DNA of 52,793 nt. Source: Fidelibacterota bacterium. GTDB taxonomy: Bacteria > Fidelibacterota > Fidelibacteria > Fidelibacterales > DSDE01. The notes beneath the pieces are model-generated. The model was not told the DNA's origin. It made no database searches and saw only the letters and a list, made by a program, of their open reading frames with translations. The stretch is from NCBI GenBank assembly GCA_046735395.1, contig JBJKQR010000014.1, positions 1 through 52,793 on the forward strand, written 5' to 3'. Shown one piece after another: positions 9,662 through 19,096 of the stretch. Position 1 is the first letter of the stretch; each line of letters starts with the position of its first letter. A program made the translations under genes and the position numbers.

Positions 9662-12124
9662 ATGAAAGGGATTATAAAAATATCGCTGCTTCTAAGTGTC
9701 GTTCTCTTCCTGACGAGTTCGGTTCTTGGTCAGGATACCCTCGATTTTGCCGTGGTCTGGCCGCTTACCGATCCTTCAACCGGCGGAAGCGGGGCATCGC
9801 CGCAACTGAGCGGAATGGCCTATGCAGATGCCCAGGCCCTCATGAATATGGAAATCAACCACTACAGCGGGGTCTCGGCATCCCAGCGAACGCGTATGAT
9901 CGGAAATGCCTGGCCGGCACTGCAGACGGAAGCGATTGATTCGGTGTATATGGAGTACCGTATCCGGCCCAAAGGGTATAATGATCTGCATATCAGCCGT
10001 ATTTCGCTGAATGCTGCCGCAGCCTCCATCACCACGATGAAAGTCCGGGTGACGGCGGGGAACAGTCAGAATCCGTTTGCGCTGTCAGAAATTTACGGAA
10101 ATCTGCCGACCACCGAATTCATTCCGGTTTCCATAGATACTGCAATTACAGTCTCTGCCGGGGATACCTTTCTGGTTCGGCTCTATCCCTGGGTGGACAA
10201 CGAATCGACGGTAAAGACCGGGAAATACTTTTGCGTACAGGACCTGAAAATCACTGGTACAAGTACCGGGGAAGCGGTTTATGATCCCGCTGTCGTGCAG
10301 ACTGTCAAGGTGGATGAGGTTTCTGACCTGTCCGCCCTGGCAGAGGGACGGATTATTGAGGATGGCGGTTCCCCCGTCGAAAGCTGCGGCTTCGTGATAG
10401 CCGCGCATGATGCCCCCGATACCAGCGACCGGGTTATTACCGCAGATACCCTTGCCGGGTCATTCAGCTGCCGCATTTCAGGCTTGACAAAAGGAACGGA
10501 TTACCGTCTTCGTGCTTTCGCCCTGAATCGGGGCGGCGTTGCCTACGGTACCCAGCTCAGCTTCACGACACTTGATTCCCTCACGGTTCCGCTGGTCTAT
10601 ACCGGTTCCGTATCCTCCGTGCTTGCGGATAAGGCGGAAGTGAGCGGTTTTGTGTCAAGCTGGGGCGGGACTGAAGTACTGCGTCGCGGTATCTGCTGGA
10701 GCAGGGATATTAATCCTGACATGCAGGATCAATCTGTGGAAATCCCCGGAGGAACCGGAGTATATACGCTTTCGCTGACAGGACTGTCGGCCGATACGGA
10801 TTATCACGTGCGGGCCTATGCCGAAAACGCGCAGGGGATGGGATTCGGACAGGACGTATCCTTCCGGACTCAGCTTCCCGCACCGGATATTTACAAAAGT
10901 GTTTCGGCGGGAGGGGATGGGGATTACCGGACGGTGCAGGCCGCGTTTGATGCGGTTCCCGAGTATTATACGGGCCGTTACACGATCTTTGTTCATTCCG
11001 GTACATACAGGGAAAAATTGCTGCTGCCGCGGAACCGTATTCATGTGCTGCTGGTCGGTGAGGATGCTGAGAATACCATTCTAAGCTACGATGATTATGC
11101 CGGAATCGCCGGAGGAACTTCCAATTCAGCGTCCGTGACCATTGATGCGGATGATTTTACGGCTGTGAATCTCACCTTTCAGAATACGGTGCAGAATGAT
11201 GGAACAGCCGCGGATCAGCAGGCTGTAGCGCTGAAGACGAATGGTGACCGGCAGGCCTATTATTCCTGCAGAATTCTCGGTTATCAGGATACATATTATG
11301 CCGCGGGATCCTACGGAACGGACCGGATTTATATGAAGAATTGCGTAGTGGAAGGGTCGGTGGATTTTATCTTCGGCCGGGATATTGTCATCTTTGATTC
11401 CTGCGAGATCCGTATCAACCGTGAAGGCGGTACGCTGACGGCTGCTTCTACGGATGCGGATTCCCGGTATGGACTGACATTCCGTGACTGCCGCATCACC
11501 ACGGTCGGAACCGGTTTTGACGGCCGCAGTATCAGCAGCTTCGTGCTGGGACGGCCCTGGCAGGGCGCCCCCCGTACCGTCTACATCCGCTGCGATGAAC
11601 CTGCCTCGGTAAATCCGTCAGGCTGGACACCCTGGAATGTAACCCCTGCTCTGTATGGCGAATATGACTGTTCCGGTCCGGGTTACCTGCCTGCACAGCG
11701 GAATCCGCTCATTTCCCGGCAGCTCTCGGCAGAGGAAGCCGCTCAGTACACAGATGAACAGATCTTCTCCCGAAGCTCCAATCCCCGCTTTGCCGAAGAC
11801 TGGGCGCCGTCCAATCCGCTGCTCACGGAATTGAAGGTGGACGCTTCGTCCCGCTATCCTGACGCCTTTCGACTATTTCAGAATTTCCCCAATCCCTTCA
11901 ATTCCCGAACCCGTATCCGTTTTCAGACTGCCGAACGCAGCACCGTGTCGCTCTTCGTTTATGATATCCGCGGCCGGCAGGTCTACGCAATGAAAAACCT
12001 GATGGTTGATGAAGGAAGCTGGGAACTGACTCCCGACCTGACAAACCTGGCATCAGGCGTCTATATCTATGAACTGCTCAGCGGGTCTGTCCGGCTGAGA
12101 AAAAAAATGTGTGTGATCAAATGA
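9662..12124 (+). CDS. CE8 pectin methylesterase with an unknown N-domain, two FN3-like repeats and a T9SS-like CTD
   Basis: CE8 motifs GDYRTVQAAFD, G.Y.EKL, QAVAL, QDT.Y, DFIFG and LGRPW. Two repeats end LTKGTDYRLRAFALN / LSADTDYHVRAYAEN. Tail QNFPNPFN...LASGVYIY...KKMCVIK. Confidence 0.9.
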   Translation: MKGIIKISLLLSVVLFLTSSVLGQDTLDFAVVWPLTDPSTGGSGASPQLSGMAYADAQALMNMEINHYSGVSASQRTRMIGNAWPALQTEAIDSVYMEYRIRPKGYNDLHISRISLNAAAASITTMKVRVTAGNSQNPFALSEIYGNLPTTEFIPVSIDTAITVSAGDTFLVRLYPWVDNESTVKTGKYFCVQDLKITGTSTGEAVYDPAVVQTVKVDEVSDLSALAEGRIIEDGGSPVESCGFVIAAHDAPDTSDRVITADTLAGSFSCRISGLTKGTDYRLRAFALNRGGVAYGTQLSFTTLDSLTVPLVYTGSVSSVLADKAEVSGFVSSWGGTEVLRRGICWSRDINPDMQDQSVEIPGGTGVYTLSLTGLSADTDYHVRAYAENAQGMGFGQDVSFRTQLPAPDIYKSVSAGGDGDYRTVQAAFDAVPEYYTGRYTIFVHSGTYREKLLLPRNRIHVLLVGEDAENTILSYDDYAGIAGGTSNSASVTIDADDFTAVNLTFQNTVQNDGTAADQQAVALKTNGDRQAYYSCRILGYQDTYYAAGSYGTDRIYMKNCVVEGSVDFIFGRDIVIFDSCEIRINREGGTLTAASTDADSRYGLTFRDCRITTVGTGFDGRSISSFVLGRPWQGAPRTVYIRCDEPASVNPSGWTPWNVTPALYGEYDCSGPGYLPAQRNPLISRQLSAEEAAQYTDEQIFSRSSNPRFAEDWAPSNPLLTELKVDASSRYPDAFRLFQNFPNPFNSRTRIRFQTAERSTVSLFVYDIRGRQVYAMKNLMVDEGSWELTPDLTNLASGVYIYELLSGSVRLRKKMCVIK

Positions 12125-13329
12125 CTGAAAAGATTTTGAGACTTTCCGGAATCGGGGATTCTACCGCTGAATCGGCGTCCGTATTTCCTCGCAGAATAAT
12201 TTTGACCTGTCTGTTCATGCTGGGGCTGCTGCTGTCGCTGCCTTTATCCGGCGGAACGGGTGACAGTATTGATTTTCATGAGTATTCGGTGCAGTCCGGG
12301 CTCTGGGAAAAACTGCTGCAGCATCCCGATGCCTGGTACCGCAGCAGAGAGGGAAAACGAATTACAAAAAATATCCTGTACTGGCAGCGGAAATCCGGCG
12401 GCTGGCCGAAGAATATTGATTTTACCGCGAGGATGTGGAAAGAGAAAAAGAAGGAAAAATCCATCGAGGGCAGCTCCAAAATCATGTCCACGATGGATAA
12501 CGGCGCCACCTGGACCCAGATGTTTTTCCTGGCCCGTGTCATGAATGTAAATCCGTCTCCGCGTGTCGAGACGGCATTTCATAAGGGTTTCGAATATATA
12601 CTGAAAGCTCAGTATGACAATGGTGGCTGGCCGCAGTTTTATCCGCTGCGAAGGGGATATTACGACCATATCACCTATAATGACGATGCCATGACCGGAG
12701 TGCTCAGGCTGCTTCGCGAGATCAGCCTTCACCCTGAAAAATTTGCCTGGCTGGATGCAAAGGATATATCCCGGGCCCATGATGCCCTGTATCGGGCCGT
12801 GGACTGTATCCTCAGAACGCAGATCAGGGTGGATGGAAAACTGACGGCCTGGTGTGCCCAGTATGATGAATTCACGCTGCAGCCCGCAGCGGCGCGCGCC
12901 TATGAACTCATTTCTCTCAGCGGTAAGGAATCGGTGGGAATCGTGGAATTTCTCATGAGCCTACCGGAGCCGAGTCAGGGCGTGCAGGAGGCAGTGAATG
13001 CGGCCGTACAGTGGTTTGAGGATGTGAAAATTACCGGAATCCGCCAGAAATGGGTTGATGACGCCACTGCGCCGGAAGGACGGAATAAAATTATTATCCC
13101 TGACGCAAATGCCACACCGCTCTGGGCGCGATTTTATGAAATTTCCGACAACCATCCCTTTTTCAGCGACCGGGATGGAAAGAAATATGAGCATCTCGCG
13201 GATATTTCCTCGGAACGGCGTAATGAATATGGCTGGTATGGAGACTGGCCGGCTCAGTTGCTTGAACATGAATATCCGCGCTGGCGCAGCTATGTCACAT
13301 CATTGAACAATTCAGATAAGGAACCTTAG
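12121..13329 (+). CDS. pelA: PL10 pectate lyase (PelA/Pel-15E family)
   Basis: Motifs WQ..SGGWPKN, STMDNGAT, QYDNGGWPQFYP, ITYNDDAM, WCAQYDE.TL.PA.AR.YE, WARFYE and ERR..Y.WY. The ATG at 12121 overlaps the CE8 stop (ATGA). Confidence 0.92.
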   Translation: MTEKILRLSGIGDSTAESASVFPRRIILTCLFMLGLLLSLPLSGGTGDSIDFHEYSVQSGLWEKLLQHPDAWYRSREGKRITKNILYWQRKSGGWPKNIDFTARMWKEKKKEKSIEGSSKIMSTMDNGATWTQMFFLARVMNVNPSPRVETAFHKGFEYILKAQYDNGGWPQFYPLRRGYYDHITYNDDAMTGVLRLLREISLHPEKFAWLDAKDISRAHDALYRAVDCILRTQIRVDGKLTAWCAQYDEFTLQPAAARAYELISLSGKESVGIVEFLMSLPEPSQGVQEAVNAAVQWFEDVKITGIRQKWVDDATAPEGRNKIIIPDANATPLWARFYEISDNHPFFSDRDGKKYEHLADISSERRNEYGWYGDWPAQLLEHEYPRWRSYVTSLNNSDKEP

Positions 13330-13331
13330 AT

Positions 13332-14945
13332 ATGACCGGATTTACCTCGAATTCATTTACAGGAAAAATTGCACTCATCGTTCTCTTTGCGTTTCAGCTT
13401 GCTTTCGCGGGGGAGGACGTATTTTTCAATGTCCTGAATTACGGCGTGGACAGAAGCGGCGAAAAGAAGAATACGGAAAAGATTGCTCAGATCATTGAAA
13501 AAGCGACGGAACAGGGTGGAGCTACGCTCTATTTTCCGGCCGGTGTGTATCTTACGGGCCCCATTCATCTGCAGAGCAATATCACTCTCTATCTGGATGC
13601 CGGGGCGGTTCTGAAATTTTCCGATGATTTTGACGATTATCTCCCCTTTGTGACCATGCGCTGGGAAGGAACCGTCAATCAGAATTTTTCACCGCTGATT
13701 TATGCCAGGAATTGTACGAACATTTCCATTATCGGACAGGGAACTCTGGACGGACAGGGACAGAAATGGTGGGACTTTTATAATAAAATCCGGAAGGAGA
13801 TGCAGAAAAACGGACACGTGACCACTTCCAGCAAGTGGCAGGAAATGCACCGGAAGGCGAACAGGGATGTGGCGCAGCCCGATACCTGGAACTGGACGGA
13901 AAATCAGTTTCTGCGTCCGCCCATGATCCAGTTATTCCAGTGCAGCAAAATCCGCATAAATGGTATTACCCTGCAGAACAGCCCTTTCTGGAATATCAAT
14001 CCCGTATTTTGTGATAACCTGACAGTGGACGGTGTAACCATCACAGCTCCGCCTGAATCCCATAATACAGACGGGATCAATCCCAGTTCCTGCAGCAACG
14101 TGCATATTACAAATTCGCATATTTCCGTGGGTGATGACTGCATCACCATCAAATCCGGGAGAGATGAGGACGGGCGTAAATGGGGCAAACCCTGCGAAAA
14201 TATTACCATTACGAACTGTACCATGCTCAATGGTCATGGAGGTGTGGTCATCGGCTCGGAAATGTCCGGCGGCGTCAAGAAGGTTACCATCAGCAATTGC
14301 GTATTTGAAGGAACTGACCGGGGCATCCGGATCAAGACCATGCGCGGGCGGGGTGCGACGGTTGAAGATGTGCAGGTCAGCAATATTGTCATGAATAATA
14401 TCATCTACGAAGCTTTCATGATGAATATGATGTACCAGAAGACCGATCCTGAACCGGTTTCCGAACGGACACCCGAATTCCGGAATATTCATATCTCGAA
14501 TGTGACCGTGTCCAATGCACATCAGGCCGGCAAATTAATCGGGCTCGCAGAAATGCCCATTCATGATGTATCCTTTTCAAACATGAGCATACAGGCTGAA
14601 AAGGGCTTTGAGGTGCTGAATGCAAAAGACCTGAGTTTTCATGATATCCGCATTTCCAACCAGGACGGATCCCTGCTCTCGGCGGAAAATGTATCCGGTC
14701 TGGTCCTCGATTTCGTGAAGACGAGTACCGATTCCCAGGAAAATTCCGCAGTGCTGCTGACGGACTGCAGCAATGTATTCGTGAATAATTCCATGGCGTC
14801 TGCCGGTGCGGGAGCCTTCCTGACTGTCAAGGGTTCGAAATCGAGCGATATCGTTCTCGGCTTCAATGATTTCAGCCGCCTGACACATCCGGTTGTCATC
14901 GGCCCGGATGTCCGGAAAGGCAGCCTGACTTATCTGATAAAATAA
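13332..14945 (+). CDS. GH28 polygalacturonase
   Basis: All four GH28 signature motifs are present: NTDG, GDD, GHG and RIKT. Signal peptide and a beta-helix-like C-terminal extension. Confidence 0.93.
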   Translation: MTGFTSNSFTGKIALIVLFAFQLAFAGEDVFFNVLNYGVDRSGEKKNTEKIAQIIEKATEQGGATLYFPAGVYLTGPIHLQSNITLYLDAGAVLKFSDDFDDYLPFVTMRWEGTVNQNFSPLIYARNCTNISIIGQGTLDGQGQKWWDFYNKIRKEMQKNGHVTTSSKWQEMHRKANRDVAQPDTWNWTENQFLRPPMIQLFQCSKIRINGITLQNSPFWNINPVFCDNLTVDGVTITAPPESHNTDGINPSSCSNVHITNSHISVGDDCITIKSGRDEDGRKWGKPCENITITNCTMLNGHGGVVIGSEMSGGVKKVTISNCVFEGTDRGIRIKTMRGRGATVEDVQVSNIVMNNIIYEAFMMNMMYQKTDPEPVSERTPEFRNIHISNVTVSNAHQAGKLIGLAEMPIHDVSFSNMSIQAEKGFEVLNAKDLSFHDIRISNQDGSLLSAENVSGLVLDFVKTSTDSQENSAVLLTDCSNVFVNNSMASAGAGAFLTVKGSKSSDIVLGFNDFSRLTHPVVIGPDVRKGSLTYLIK

Positions 14946-14987
14946 AGGCGCCGGCCCACCCATTAGTAGTTGCCGGGGGACACTTTT

Positions 14988-15498
14988 ATCCGTGTCAATC
15001 CGTCTTCTTTGTGGTTAGTATCTCATTCGTGTATATCTGCGTTCTTTGTGGTTAGTATCTTCATTCGTGTATATTCGTGAAATTCGTGTTAAAATACTTA
15101 TTTCCGTGTCAATTCGTGTTCTTCGTGGTTAGTGCCTTAAGCCATATCAATTCGTGAAATTCGTGGTAAACTTCTTTATCTGTGTTTATCCGTGTACTTT
15201 GTGTTAAAATGCTTATTTCCGTGTCAATTCGTGTTCTTCGTGGATTGTTTGCTTTGATGGTTGGAGTGTTGGCGGGTCAATGCGTAAATGTGTAAATGGG
15301 TAGATGAGTAGACGGGGAAGAAACGACAATCCGGGAGTGGACCGATGTTTAACGGTACTGTTCCATTTTTTCGTGTTGTTTTGTGTCCTTTGTGGGTGCG
15401 AATTCTTCGTGTCAATCCGTGTCATTCATCCGTGTCATTTCGTGAAATTCGTGTTAAACTTCTTTATCTGTGTTAATCTGTGCACTTCGTGGTGAAAT
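14988..15498. repeat. Degenerate tandem array of ~37-39 bp units built from 2-3 T(T/C)(C/T)GTG cores, interrupted by an 8-bp periodic block
   Basis: About 11 units such as ATTCGTGTATATTCGTGAAATTCGTGTTAAAATAC. Near-exact duplications at 15086-15128 vs 15201-15243 (43 nt, 1 mismatch) and 15151-15186 vs 15439-15474 (36 nt, 1 mismatch). 8-mers TGCGTAAA/TGTGTAAA/TGGGTAGA/TGAGTAGA at 15281-15312. Confidence 0.85.
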
Positions 15499-15564
15499 AC
15501 CTTTTTACCTCTCTTTTTGTTCCATTAAATGAGGTGCTATAGCTTCGTCGTCCGTGGAAAATCC

Positions 15565-15593
15565 TTGCCCCTGAAAACACAAATGCGTATCTT
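15565..15593 (+). promoter_or_regulatory. Putative sigma70 promoter of the LacI-uxaC operon
   Basis: TTGCCC (15565-70), 17-nt spacer, TATCTT (15588-93), lying upstream of RBS AAGGAGG and the ATG at 15635. Confidence 0.55.
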
Positions 15594-15594
15594 A

Positions 15595-15621
15595 ACTTAA
15601 CCGGTAAAGTAAACGGTTAAG
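15595..15621. promoter_or_regulatory. Putative LacI-family operator (autoregulatory)
   Basis: ACTTAACCGGTAAAGT (15595-15610) is a 14/16 palindrome centred on CG, directly after the -10 box. A related site, TAAACGGTTAAG, follows. Confidence 0.6.
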
Positions 15622-15634
15622 GAGGCCCCTAAGC

Positions 15635-16657
15635 ATGACTCCGCCCAAAAAAACAACGACGCTGGATGACATTGCAAAATCTCTGAACGTATCCAAGGTT
15701 ACCGTGTCAAAAGCGCTCCGTGATCATCCCGATATCGGAATGGAAATGAAACGGAAGGTGCGGGAGACGGCGGCACGTTTATCCTACAAGCCCAACCGTA
15801 TCGCCCGCAATCTGTCATCGCGGCATACGAGGACACTCGGCCTCGTCGTGCCCCGGGTGGTTCACCATTTTTTCACTCTGGCTATTGAAGCGATTTACGA
15901 GGAAGCGCATCGGAACAATTATGAAATCATCATGATGCTGTCCCAGGAAGATGAATCCATTCAGAAACAGCATATTCAGACACTCCTCTCCATGCGCGTG
16001 GACGGCCTGCTTATTTCGCTGGCGGAACAGACGAAGGATTATTCCATATTTCATGAGCTTCAGGCCATGTCCGTCCCGCTCGTGTTTTTCGACCGCGTTC
16101 CGGAAGAACCGGTATTCACGCGGATTCACTGTGATGACGAGGGAGGAGCCTTTGAACTCGTCTCCCGCGCCATCAGTTCCGGATTCCGGAATATCCTGCA
16201 TCTGGGCGGACCGGCCTACGCATCTCTGGCAAGAGCACGTGAAAATGGGTATCAGCGGGCTATGAAGGAGGGAGGGCTTTCTGTCCGGGAGTCTATGATT
16301 CTGCGCCGTGGATTCGGTTTTCAGGACGGCTATGATGCCTTTCTGGAACTTTGTGAAGAGGACCGGCTTCCCGAAATGATTTTTGCCGTCACCTATCCGG
16401 TCGCGCTGGGAGTCTGCCAGGCAGCTCGGGAACGGAATGTCCTGATTCCCGACGAAGTGGATCTGATTTCCTTCGGCGACAGCTCCTACAACCGCTATAT
16501 GAACCCGTCCATCACCTGTGCGCATCAGCCTGCGGCCGAAATGGGAATCTTTGCCGTAAAGCAGCTTCTCGGCATGATTGAGAGCCCCGAGACTCCCGAA
16601 CCCCTTGACAGGGTTTTTCCGGTTTCCATCATTCAGAATCAAACCTGTATTAAATAA
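15635..16657 (+). CDS. LacI-family transcriptional regulator (hexuronate regulator)
   Basis: HTH TLDDIAKSLNVSKVTVSKAL and hinge YKPNRIARNL, followed by a periplasmic-binding-protein-like sugar domain. Confidence 0.95.
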   Translation: MTPPKKTTTLDDIAKSLNVSKVTVSKALRDHPDIGMEMKRKVRETAARLSYKPNRIARNLSSRHTRTLGLVVPRVVHHFFTLAIEAIYEEAHRNNYEIIMMLSQEDESIQKQHIQTLLSMRVDGLLISLAEQTKDYSIFHELQAMSVPLVFFDRVPEEPVFTRIHCDDEGGAFELVSRAISSGFRNILHLGGPAYASLARARENGYQRAMKEGGLSVRESMILRRGFGFQDGYDAFLELCEEDRLPEMIFAVTYPVALGVCQAARERNVLIPDEVDLISFGDSSYNRYMNPSITCAHQPAAEMGIFAVKQLLGMIESPETPEPLDRVFPVSIIQNQTCIK

Positions 16658-16673
16658 AAGGAAAGGGATATTC

Positions 16674-18080
16674 ATGGCATTTCTTAATCCCGATCGGTTT
16701 TTCAGCCCGGATCCCACAATCCGCAGGCTGGCAAGGCATCTTTATGAAAGCGTGAAGGATCTTCCCATCATCTCACCTCACGGACACGTGGATCCGTCCA
16801 TATTCGTCCGGAATGAACCGTTTCCCGATCCGACCGAACTTCTGATTCTTCCGGATCACTATTTATACAGAATGCTCCGTTCGCAGGGCCTGAAAATGTC
16901 GGAACTTGGCATTGTTCAGAAGAACGGGCAACGTCAGGAAAAAGACGGCCGGAAAATCTGGCAGATATTTGCGGATAACTGGCATCTTTTTGCCGGAACG
17001 CCCACCGGTTTCTGGCTCTCACATGAACTGTATGAAGTCTTTGATCTCTCTGTCAGGCTCAGCTCCGCTACGGCCATGGCTGTTTACGATGAATTATCCG
17101 AGAAGCTGCGGTCATCCGAATTCAGGCCACGGGCGCTTTTTGAACGTTTCAATATTGATGTGCTCAGCACGACGGACGCCGCGGAGGACACGCTGCCACA
17201 TCACAGGGCGCTGGCTGAATCAGGCTGGACTGGGCGTATTATTCCCACGTTCCGTCCCGATTCCGTTACGGATCTGTCGAAACCGGCCTGGCGCTCAAGT
17301 CTGGACGCCCTTTCGAAGGTGGCTGGAAAACCGATTTCGGATTATCAGACCTTTATTGATGTATTGAAGGAACGCCGTCGTTATTTTATAGAAAGGGGAG
17401 CCCGGGCAACGGACCAGGGTATTATTTCTCCCCGAACCCATGAATTGGCGGCAGCAGAAGCGGAGGCGATTTTCAGCCGTGCGCTCACCGGACAGCAGAC
17501 TTCAGAGGACGCGGATCGTTTCACAGCCCATATGCTCATGAAAATGGCAGAAATGTCCAGCGAAGACAGGCTGGTGATGCAGATTCATCCCGGGGTTCTG
17601 AGAGATCACAATCCTGCCGTGTATGATCTGTATGGCCCGGACAAGGGAGCGGATATTCCGGTGCAGACCGAATATACCCGGAATCTGAAGGAACTGCTGA
17701 ACCGTTTCGGCGATAATCCTGACATGAAGATCATCGTATTTACGCTGGATGAGGACAGCTACAGCCGCGAACTGGCGCCGCTGGCCGGACATTACCCGGC
17801 CATGCTGCTGGGACCGGCCTGGTGGTTCAATGACAGCCCGGAAGGGATGCGGCGCTTCCGGCAGCGGGTTACCGAGACAGCCGGGTTTTACAATACGGTA
17901 GGATTCAATGACGATACACGCGCCTTTCCGTCCATTCCGGCCCGGCACGACCTGGCCCGCCGTATTGACTCCGATTTCCTGGCGGAAAAGGTCGCCCGCC
18001 ATCAGATAGCACTCGAGGAGGCGGAAGTTCTGATACGAATGCTGACCCGCGACCTGCCTAAAAATGCCTACAATCTCTGA
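16674..18080 (+). CDS. uxaC: Uronate (glucuronate/galacturonate) isomerase
   Basis: Motifs LPIISPHGH, DHYLYRMLRSQG, MQIHPG, GPDKGADIP, LGPAWWFND and GFNDDTRAF..ARHD.ARR. Start reassigned to ATG 16674 (RBS AAGGGA). Confidence 0.95.
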   Translation: MAFLNPDRFFSPDPTIRRLARHLYESVKDLPIISPHGHVDPSIFVRNEPFPDPTELLILPDHYLYRMLRSQGLKMSELGIVQKNGQRQEKDGRKIWQIFADNWHLFAGTPTGFWLSHELYEVFDLSVRLSSATAMAVYDELSEKLRSSEFRPRALFERFNIDVLSTTDAAEDTLPHHRALAESGWTGRIIPTFRPDSVTDLSKPAWRSSLDALSKVAGKPISDYQTFIDVLKERRRYFIERGARATDQGIISPRTHELAAAEAEAIFSRALTGQQTSEDADRFTAHMLMKMAEMSSEDRLVMQIHPGVLRDHNPAVYDLYGPDKGADIPVQTEYTRNLKELLNRFGDNPDMKIIVFTLDEDSYSRELAPLAGHYPAMLLGPAWWFNDSPEGMRRFRQRVTETAGFYNTVGFNDDTRAFPSIPARHDLARRIDSDFLAEKVARHQIALEEAEVLIRMLTRDLPKNAYNL

Positions 18081-18112
18081 ATCCGGCAGCCGTTAACAGG
18101 AAGGATTGAAAT

Positions 18113-19096
18113 ATGAAAAGATTTACATGGTTGATGCTGGCCACGGCACTCCTGTCACTAAGCCTGCTGTCCTGCAGTCAGCAGAAGAAGGTGACGGTAT
18201 TGAAACTGGCTCACGGCCTCGATCCGAGCCACCCCGTCCATAAGGCAATGGAATTCATGGCTCAGCGCATCAGTGAAAAAAGCCATGGAAGTATGCGCAT
18301 GGATATTTATCCCAGCGAACAGCTGGGTTCGGAACGGGAATGTCTGGAACTGCTGCAGATCGGTAGCCTGGGCCTGACCAAGGTCTCCTCCAGTGTTCTT
18401 GAAGGTTTTGTTCCGTCCTTTTCCGTCTTTTCGCTGCCCTATCTCTTTCGGGATGACGAGCACAAGAATAAAGTCCTTCGCGGTGATATCGGCCGGTCTC
18501 TGCTCCTCTCTTCTGAAAAATACTGGCTGCGCGGTCTCTGCTATTATGACTCGGGGAGCCGGTCATTCTACACCAAGGATAAGCCTGTTCTGAGCCCGGA
18601 TGACCTGAAAGGCCTGAAAATCCGCGTACAGGAGAGCAAGACATCCCTTAAGATGGTCAAGGCCCTCGGCGGATCCCCAACGCCCATATCCTGGGGCGAA
18701 CTCTACACGGCTCTGCAGCAGGGTGTGGTGGATGGCGCGGAAAATAATCCACCGTCCTTTCATCTGTCCCGACATTACGAAGTCTGTAAATATTTTTCTC
18801 TCGATGAACATACATCCGTACCGGATGTTCTTCTCATCTCGACGCATATCTGGAACAAACTCAGCGACGATCAGAAACGCATAGTGCAGGAAGCCGCCGA
18901 CGAATCCGCACTCTATGAGGCAAAACTCTGGAAGGATGCGACGGATACGGCCCTGAAGGCGGTGCAGGAGGGCGGCGTGGAAATATTCCATCCGGACAAG
19001 AAACCCTTTGCGGAGGCAGTGTCCGGCCTCTATGAAAGTTATCGTGAAGATCCGCTGATGTATAAACTGATTACGGAAATACGGGGAGTGAAATAA
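18113..19096 (+). CDS. dctP: TRAP transporter substrate-binding lipoprotein
   Basis: Lipobox LLSC; motifs LKLAHG, YPSEQLGSE, DLKGLKIRV and ELYTALQQGVVDGAEN. Confidence 0.95.
   Translation: MKRFTWLMLATALLSLSLLSCSQQKKVTVLKLAHGLDPSHPVHKAMEFMAQRISEKSHGSMRMDIYPSEQLGSERECLELLQIGSLGLTKVSSSVLEGFVPSFSVFSLPYLFRDDEHKNKVLRGDIGRSLLLSSEKYWLRGLCYYDSGSRSFYTKDKPVLSPDDLKGLKIRVQESKTSLKMVKALGGSPTPISWGELYTALQQGVVDGAENNPPSFHLSRHYEVCKYFSLDEHTSVPDVLLISTHIWNKLSDDQKRIVQEAADESALYEAKLWKDATDTALKAVQEGGVEIFHPDKKPFAEAVSGLYESYREDPLMYKLITEIRGVK

Noticed and set aside
15213..15495. Short ORFs 15213-15425, 15224-15415 and 15304-15495
   Set aside because: These are low-complexity translations of the DNA repeat (e.g. HEEHELTRK, TRIDTK), with no RBS or domain features.
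14988..15498. Repeat array as a CRISPR array
   Set aside because: The units are degenerate and contiguous, with no constant repeat/unique spacer alternation and no cas genes in the window.
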